Origin: an uncultured Spirochaetota bacterium
GTDB lineage: Bacteria > Spirochaetota > Spirochaetia > SZUA-6 > Fen-1364
Reading direction: 5' to 3'
Assembly: GCA_963745235.1 (NCBI GenBank)
Contig: CAVUXE010000032.1
Location: 1 to 19,117 of the forward strand
Length of the DNA: 19,117 bases
Shown here: piece after piece, positions 1 to 5,192 of the stretch
Layout: every line of letters starts with the position of its first letter
How positions within the stretch are numbered: the first letter of the stretch is position 1
Notes under the pieces: generated by a model
What the model saw: only the letters and a program-made list of their open reading frames with translations
Told to the model about the DNA's origin: nothing
The model's database searches: none
Program-made: the position numbers and the translations under genes

Positions 1-60
1 ATGTGTATTCCCCTTTCGGAAAGTTGTCATCACGGCAATATGCCTTCACTTCAGTGTTGG

Positions 61-95
61 CACAAAGAGACTAAAGTATTGTTCGGGGTATTGTT
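61..95 (-). promoter_or_regulatory. Motif copy 1 (putative MalT-like regulator site) joined to a leftward promoter
   Basis: Reverse complement reads AACAATAC-CCCG-AACAATAC-TTTAGTCTC-TTTGTG, matching the other three copies. On the minus strand TTGTGC (65-60) is followed by 17 bp and CATATT (42-37), then an SD-like AAAGGGGA and 'AT' at positions 2-1. Confidence 0.7.
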
Positions 96-113
96 CGGAA
101 CGCGGCCTTGGGC

Positions 114-178
114 AGCCCAAAACGATACCCGGAACAGTACTTTGGTATCTTTGCGTCACTCGTCAGCCCGCCTAGAGT
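114..178 (+). promoter_or_regulatory. Motif copy 2 plus rightward promoter
   Basis: 114-155 matches 7828-7869 at 39 of 42 nt. It ends in the -35-like TTGCGT (151-156), then 16 bp, then the -10-like TAGAGT (173-178). Confidence 0.75.
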
Positions 179-185
179 GGCTCAT

Positions 186-452
186 GTGAGCTGCGACGAC
201 TTGCCCAACACGGAAACCGATCCGGATCAACCCATAGGCTACCAGATCAGGATCAAGGGTCTTCTAGGACGCGAATGGTCAGACTGGTTCGAGGGTCTGA
301 CCATCACCTGGGAGGACAACGGGGACACCCTCCTGACGGGGCTAATTGTCGACCAGGCTTTGCTGCATGGGTTGCTCAGAAAGATCCGTGACCTGGGAAT
401 GCCGTTGCTCTCCGTCACTCGACTTCAGACGCCCAAGGAGGAAGAGAAATGA
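186..452 (+). CDS. Small conserved hypothetical protein (88 aa, possibly ACT-like), typical neighbour of MalT-like LuxR regulators
   Basis: YQIRIKGLLGREWSDWFEGLTIT...GDTLLTGLIVDQALLHGLLRKIRDLGMPLLSV is a recognisable conserved small-protein signature. GTG at 186 chosen because the longer ORF start (108) lies upstream of the promoter motif. Confidence 0.8.
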   Translation: MSCDDLPNTETDPDQPIGYQIRIKGLLGREWSDWFEGLTITWEDNGDTLLTGLIVDQALLHGLLRKIRDLGMPLLSVTRLQTPKEEEK

Positions 453-729
453 CAAACGAAGAGGCTACCGGTGTGGACATGAAGGTAAGACCTGATGGCG
501 GGATACGCGGGGCCCATGTCCATCACGCCGGGATTTCTGTTGGGCAAGAATTATTGCGGGCACGATCATGACTGTGATTCAATTCTCGTCACTTTTCATT
601 GGGAAGATGCCGACGCCCTTCTACCTCTTTTTCAGCGTCATGGAAATCCCTTGCACGGTATTCATTGTCTGGAGTGCAGTGAGGTGGCATGCGCCGTCAA
701 GCATCCGGATCAGTGAGCAGAGGCCCTGA
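449..729 (+). pseudogene. DUF6326-family membrane protein pseudogene with two internal frame-shifting deletions
   Basis: ATG at 449 overlaps the upstream stop and has an SD. Three frames each give a family-like segment: MTNEEATGVDMKVR, LMAGYAGPMSITPGFLLG, and WARIIAGTIMTVIQFSSLFIGKMPTPFYLFFSVMEIPCTVFIVWSAVRW ending at TGA 727-729. Family assignment is from memory. Confidence 0.7.
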
Positions 730-739
730 AATGAGCTCT

Positions 740-765
740 GCTTGCCCGGAGCTCACTGGGCAAGC
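740..765 (+). terminator. Stem-loop, possible terminator
   Basis: GCTTGCCCGG-agctca-CTGGGCAAGC is a 10-bp stem with one G-U pair just after the DUF6326 stop. The U-tract is weak. Confidence 0.4.
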
Positions 766-800
766 GTAACTATTCAGCTGCCGCGCCATGCCTGCGCTGC

Positions 801-829
801 TTGAGAAGTTTTTCCCAGTCAGTTACCAT
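801..829 (+). promoter_or_regulatory. Sigma70-like promoter for the Fe-S oxidoreductase gene
   Basis: TTGAGA (801-806), 17 bp, TACCAT (824-829). SD GAAAGGA precedes ATG 850. Confidence 0.5.
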
Positions 830-849
830 GAGGTGGAAAGGATCCCGCG

Positions 850-2118
850 ATGGCACAGACTCTCGCAACGTATTTTGAGAATGAAAGAAAGAGAGTCGTG
901 AGCCGGTGTACGCAGTGCGGAACATGCATCGAGGAGTGTCCCGTCATCAGGCATACGGATCTGAAGGACACGCCCCCACGGGAAATCCAGGAGAAAGTCA
1001 TCGGTTTCCTGAACGATGGAGCGGGTGACAACGCAGTCTATACGAAGGCGTTTGCCTGCATGGAATGCTATCAGTGCGTTCGCGGGCGGTGTCCTGAAGG
1101 TCTCAATCCCCTGACGATCAACGAAATTATCAAGTATGACTACAGGCGCCGGAACCTCGCCCCAATTCCTTACACCGATCCCTGGGACCCTTTGGCTAAG
1201 CAACGCGTTCTCTCCAGCATCCAGGTTTCCGGCAGGGATTACGCGAGGATCTTCGCTCCGCCTGAGAAAACGGCGGCACGGTATGTCTTCTTTCCCGGGT
1301 GCAATGTCTACCTTCAGCCGGAAAAGATTCTCAGCGCTCTGGATATCATGAGCTTGATTACGGACGACTATGTCTTCCTGCCGGGGATGGACAATTGCTG
1401 CGGGAACGCTTCCATCGAGGCAGGAGATGTGGACAAAGGCTATCGGGCAGCGCAGGAACTTGTTGCAACTATCAGCTCATACGTGCCGGAGGCGGTGATC
1501 CTGTGGTGTCCCACCTGCTACTGCAGGTTCCTGACGACCATCGCAGAGACGATGGAGGTGCCATTCCAGTTTGTCTCCTTTCCCCAATACCTTGCGCAGA
1601 ATATCGAAAAGCTTCCTTTCAAGGTCACGTGGAGCAAGACCGTGACTTTGCACGAAGCGTGCAAGATGGCGTCTGCAGGCAACGATTGCACCTCTCCGCG
1701 AAGGCTCCTGCAGGGAATACCAGGCGTCACGCTGGTAGAAATGACTCGTCATGGGACTGGTACGGCGTGCTGTGGCAGCTCCGCAATGGATTTTTTTCCG
1801 GGCAGCATGGAAGCCATGCGGGATGAACGCCTTCAGGAAGCTGCGCAAACCGGCGCAGACATTCTGGTTGATATCTGCCAGACGTGTCATAACATATTCG
1901 CCGCTGAAGAACCGAGGTACCCGTACCGGATCATGAGCTATGTATCGGTCATTGCAGCCGCGTTGGGCATGGAGCGGGAAGACAAATTCAAGAAGTACAA
2001 GCAGTGGGGCAGCCTGAGCAGAATCATGGAGGATGCCGGCGAGCTGGTTGGATCTTCCCCCTATTCACGAGAAGAGATCATCATGACTCTCAGGAGCTCA
2101 ATAGCCCCGAACGAGTAG
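850..2118 (+). CDS. (Fe-S)-binding oxidoreductase, HdrD/GlpC-like (4Fe-4S dicluster plus two CCG domains)
   Basis: 422 aa. Ferredoxin motifs CTQCGTCIEECP and CMECYQCVRGRCP. Two CCG domains: PGC...NCCG...CPTC and HEAC...CCG...CQTC. Confidence 0.9.
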   Translation: MAQTLATYFENERKRVVSRCTQCGTCIEECPVIRHTDLKDTPPREIQEKVIGFLNDGAGDNAVYTKAFACMECYQCVRGRCPEGLNPLTINEIIKYDYRRRNLAPIPYTDPWDPLAKQRVLSSIQVSGRDYARIFAPPEKTAARYVFFPGCNVYLQPEKILSALDIMSLITDDYVFLPGMDNCCGNASIEAGDVDKGYRAAQELVATISSYVPEAVILWCPTCYCRFLTTIAETMEVPFQFVSFPQYLAQNIEKLPFKVTWSKTVTLHEACKMASAGNDCTSPRRLLQGIPGVTLVEMTRHGTGTACCGSSAMDFFPGSMEAMRDERLQEAAQTGADILVDICQTCHNIFAAEEPRYPYRIMSYVSVIAAALGMEREDKFKKYKQWGSLSRIMEDAGELVGSSPYSREEIIMTLRSSIAPNE

Positions 2119-2209
2119 TTGCGGACAAGAGCACCAGGGCGGATTCCACTGACCATAGCAATCGCTGGATCCTCGTGTTGCCGATCGTCCAGCGAGGTTC
2201 CCATTATTC

Positions 2210-2239
2210 TTGACGTAACGTAACGTTTCGTGATACTCT
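2210..2239 (+). promoter_or_regulatory. MerR-type promoter/operator
   Basis: TTGACG (2210-2215), 18-bp spacer, TG-a-TACTCT extended -10 (2231-2239). The spacer holds the perfect dyad AACGT-A-ACGTT (2217-2227), resembling TipA/Mta-type operators. Confidence 0.75.
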
Positions 2240-2248
2240 CCTCTCCTG

Positions 2249-2713
2249 ATGATGACCGTGACCCAGCTCGCGCGAGAGGCGCGCGTCTCCATACGCACGG
2301 TCCGCTTCTACGAGGAGAAGGGCATTGTGGGCGCCGCTGCGCGGACCCCGGGGGGGCAGAAGCGCTATGACCAAGCCGCACTACTCACGCTGGCGAAAGC
2401 GAGGCTTCTCAAGGAAGCTGGAATGAGCGTGGAGGAAATCCGGCGCACGTTGCAGGCCCTGTCCGAGCACCGGACCGAGCACAAGGCACGTCAGCAAGCT
2501 CACCTTCGGCTGCTCAGCACCGTCACCGAGAGGATCCAGGAGCGCAGGCGCGAACTGCAGGAAATGGAAGAAGCGCTGCATGAGGCGTTGAAGCAGAACG
2601 AGACGTGCGTGCCGTGTACGGCCGGCGATTGTGCCGGGTGCCGGGTACTGGACACCTGGACCCGTTTTGGAATCAAGCCTACGGGACAGGAGCTGCCTGA
2701 CCGGGGCGGATGA
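2249..2713 (+). CDS. MerR-family transcriptional regulator with C-terminal 4-Cys motif
   Basis: N-terminal MerR HTH (TVTQLAREARVSIRTVRFYEEKGIV...RTPGGQKRY), coiled coil, then CVPCTAGDCAGC. Confidence 0.9.
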   Translation: MMTVTQLAREARVSIRTVRFYEEKGIVGAAARTPGGQKRYDQAALLTLAKARLLKEAGMSVEEIRRTLQALSEHRTEHKARQQAHLRLLSTVTERIQERRRELQEMEEALHEALKQNETCVPCTAGDCAGCRVLDTWTRFGIKPTGQELPDRGG

Positions 2714-2731
2714 GGGATAGGAGGCGTTGGA

Positions 2732-3193
2732 ATGGGCAAGGTCTTGGTAATTTACCAGAGCTTCTCAGGAAGCACTCAGAAGATGGCGGAAGCCGTCGCC
2801 GCGGGCGCCAGAGAGGTCCGCGACGTCGAGGTAGTCTTGAAGAGGGTCTCGGAGGCGGGATCGGACGATCTGAGCTCTGCCTCCGCGGTCGCCTTCGGAG
2901 CCCCAAACACGTTCGGCGGCATGTCGGGCGCGCTTCGAGACTTCTTCGATCGGGCCTGGAGCGCGCACGAAGCCGTGGCGGGGAGACCCGCGGTCGCGTT
3001 CAGCTCGGAGAATGCCGATGTTACCTCGGCTCGGCAGGAGATCGAGAAGTTCTTCACGTTCTACAAGCTGAGAAAGCTGTCCGAAGGCGTGACGGCCGTT
3101 CAGTCGCCTGGACCAAAGGAGCTTGAAGCTTGCAAGGTTCTCGGTCGAGAGCTGGCGAAGGCGGCGCTCCACTACACAGGGCAGGCGCGCTAA
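2732..3193 (+). CDS. Flavodoxin-family protein (WrbA-like fold, short)
   Basis: 153 aa. KVLVIYQSFSGSTQKMAEAVA FMN phosphate loop and GAPNTFGGMS. SD AGGAGG. Confidence 0.9.
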   Translation: MGKVLVIYQSFSGSTQKMAEAVAAGAREVRDVEVVLKRVSEAGSDDLSSASAVAFGAPNTFGGMSGALRDFFDRAWSAHEAVAGRPAVAFSSENADVTSARQEIEKFFTFYKLRKLSEGVTAVQSPGPKELEACKVLGRELAKAALHYTGQAR

Positions 3194-3225
3194 GGGCACC
3201 GGCGACGGTTTCCAGGAGGTTTCCC

Positions 3226-5124
3226 ATGTTCCCGGTTCAGACAGCAATCAAGGCACTTCTATCAGCATTGCCCGAAAGGGCGGAGCCTTTTTCCGGCAGC
3301 GAATACCCGCTGCCGGTTCACGCCGCGTACCTGGCGGATGTGCCGTCGGACATGACCGCCCTGTCCGGAAGGCTGTCTGCTTTTTCCGGAACGGACGTCA
3401 AACCGCTTGTTGATCCGATTCTTATCTGTGCAGAGGCCATAGAGTCTGCCCAGCCAGACCGAGGAAAATACTTTATTCCGGACCGCAAAGTGCAGGATTA
3501 CGTTTTCATGGGCAGCAAATGGAGGGCGGGCTGGGCACTCGTGCTGGGTGGAAACGGTTCCGAGCAGCTCATCCAGGATCTGCAGGAGCGGGAGTTCATG
3601 GTTTTCACGGATCTGCCGGGGCTTCCCGACACGTGGGACATCGGCTCCCGGGAGACATCGCCCGTTTACTTCCTTCAGATGATGGTGCGCTTCGGCCTTA
3701 CCTGGGGCCGCATCAAGCCAGGGGACGATCACCAGCTTGGCCATTACCTGGAAAAGGACATGCCGGGCGTGGTAATTATCCGGAAAGACCTCACGCCGCT
3801 GAAGTACCTTGTCGCCCTGGGCCTCATGAAACTGGGCGCGCCCGCGCTCGTTCCTTCCACCTTTCCCTTTCCCTACGGCAACCGGGTCGTTGCGGACACG
3901 GATCGGGAAATCCTGGAGCGGATCAACGGGTTCGAGAACCTGCGTACCAAGAGGTACGGCGATGAGACTATCTCTCTTCCCGAGTACGCCAATACCGCCT
4001 ACGCGCACCAGGAGTTTCCGGTTGCAGGACGCCTGGGCGGACCCATCTCCTTTCTGTGCATGCGGCCGGCCGGAACGGAAGAGCGCGTTTCAAGAGACTT
4101 TCGCGGGCGGGAAGACTGCCATGACATCGGGATCCTGATCGAAGTGCGCGAAAAGGACTTCTCAATTGATATTTCCGCCACCATGGAACGCGCCGCCTAT
4201 CGTGCCCTGAACTTCGTGGACAACTGGCGCGCCCGGGACAGCACGGAGGGTTTTGTCATTGAGTGGGCGGACACCGCTCCCTTCAGCGTTGAAAAGGCGG
4301 AGGAGGCTCTGCGGGCCGGAATCCGGATGCAGTTTCCGGCGCTCGAAGACTTCGACATCTCGATAATCCGGGAGAAGGACCGCCTCGCAACTCTTGCTCC
4401 GGTTATTGCGCGCTTCAAACGGGAACGCACGCTCATCATCGATTCCATGACAGAGGAGAATACAGAACAATTCTGCGTCTGCACCGAATGCCGCCCCTTT
4501 TCGCTCGTCCATACCTGCATCATCACCCCGGACAGGACTCCCATGTGCGCGGCGCGAAGCTATTTTTCGGTCAAGGCCTCCGCGTACTTCGGGTCGGATC
4601 AGAAACCCTACAAGCGCCGCTCGGAAACGACCGTCCCCCTCCGGCATGTGTTCAAAAGGGGAAAGGTCATCGACCTGGCTCGCGGCGAATATGAGGGAGT
4701 GAACGAAGTCTACCGTGCCATGACCGCCGGTGCGCTCACCCGTGTCCGGCTTCATTCTCTGGACGAGGTGCCCCACACATCGTGCGGCTGTTTCCAGAAC
4801 CTCGCTTTCCGGATCAGGGGTCAGGGCGGCATCGGCATCATGAAGCGGGGAAGCTCCGCTGTCACTCCCGACGGCCGTACCTGGGAGATGCTCGCCAATT
4901 ACGCGGGGGGGAAGCAGAGCGACGGCATCATGGGTGTCTCCAACCAGTACATCGCTTCACCCAATTTTCTCCGGGGGGACGGCGGGCTGAAGAGCCTGGT
5001 CTGGGCCGATTCAGAAGTGTACAACTGGGTCAGGAGCCAGTTGCCGCCCAACCAGAGGGTCGCCACGGAGAATGTCAAAACCGTGGCGGAGCTGAAGGCT
5101 TTTCTTGTCAGCGTTGATACGTAG
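3226..5124 (+). CDS. acsB: Divergent acetyl-CoA synthase (CODH/ACS complex beta subunit, AcsB/CdhC-like)
   Basis: 632 aa from ATG 3226 (SD AGGAGG). CTECRPFSLVHTCIITPDRTPMC and PHTSCGCF carry the A-cluster ligands. Also TPDGRTW..LA...GGKQSDGIMG and FLRGDGGLKSLVW. N-terminal and middle domains are only weakly similar to canonical AcsB, so the gene symbol denotes homology, not proven function. Confidence 0.85.
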   Translation: MFPVQTAIKALLSALPERAEPFSGSEYPLPVHAAYLADVPSDMTALSGRLSAFSGTDVKPLVDPILICAEAIESAQPDRGKYFIPDRKVQDYVFMGSKWRAGWALVLGGNGSEQLIQDLQEREFMVFTDLPGLPDTWDIGSRETSPVYFLQMMVRFGLTWGRIKPGDDHQLGHYLEKDMPGVVIIRKDLTPLKYLVALGLMKLGAPALVPSTFPFPYGNRVVADTDREILERINGFENLRTKRYGDETISLPEYANTAYAHQEFPVAGRLGGPISFLCMRPAGTEERVSRDFRGREDCHDIGILIEVREKDFSIDISATMERAAYRALNFVDNWRARDSTEGFVIEWADTAPFSVEKAEEALRAGIRMQFPALEDFDISIIREKDRLATLAPVIARFKRERTLIIDSMTEENTEQFCVCTECRPFSLVHTCIITPDRTPMCAARSYFSVKASAYFGSDQKPYKRRSETTVPLRHVFKRGKVIDLARGEYEGVNEVYRAMTAGALTRVRLHSLDEVPHTSCGCFQNLAFRIRGQGGIGIMKRGSSAVTPDGRTWEMLANYAGGKQSDGIMGVSNQYIASPNFLRGDGGLKSLVWADSEVYNWVRSQLPPNQRVATENVKTVAELKAFLVSVDT

Positions 5125-5136
5125 CCCCGGAACCAT

Positions 5137-5186
5137 CGCACGGATACCAAAGTATCGTTTGTTGTATTGTTCACAAGCAGTATAAT
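5137..5186. promoter_or_regulatory. Motif copy 3 (inverted) overlapping the promoter of the MalT-like regulator
   Basis: Reverse complement of 5137-5171 is AACAATAC-AACA-AACGATAC-TTTGGTATC-CGTGCG. A perfect TATAAT at 5181-5186 lies 6 nt before ATG 5193. Confidence 0.75.
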
Positions 5187-5192
5187 CTGGCC

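Noticed and set aside
61-155. Inverted repeats as MITE/IS ends or a CRISPR repeat
   Set aside because: Copies sit at promoter positions, vary in the spacer rather than the boxes, lack regular spacers or target duplications, and no transposase or cas gene is present.
495-716. 73-aa ORF with His/Cys-rich sequence
   Set aside because: Explained as a frame-hybrid of the DUF6326 pseudogene; only the first 17 codons are family-like.
2162-2195. TCGCTGGA...TCCAGCGA hairpin as terminator or riboswitch
   Set aside because: Only an 8-bp stem with a long loop, no U-tract and no recognisable aptamer motif.
3130-3225. N-terminal extension of the AcsB-like ORF
   Set aside because: Overlaps the flavodoxin gene and has no SD; ATG 3226 has AGGAGG.
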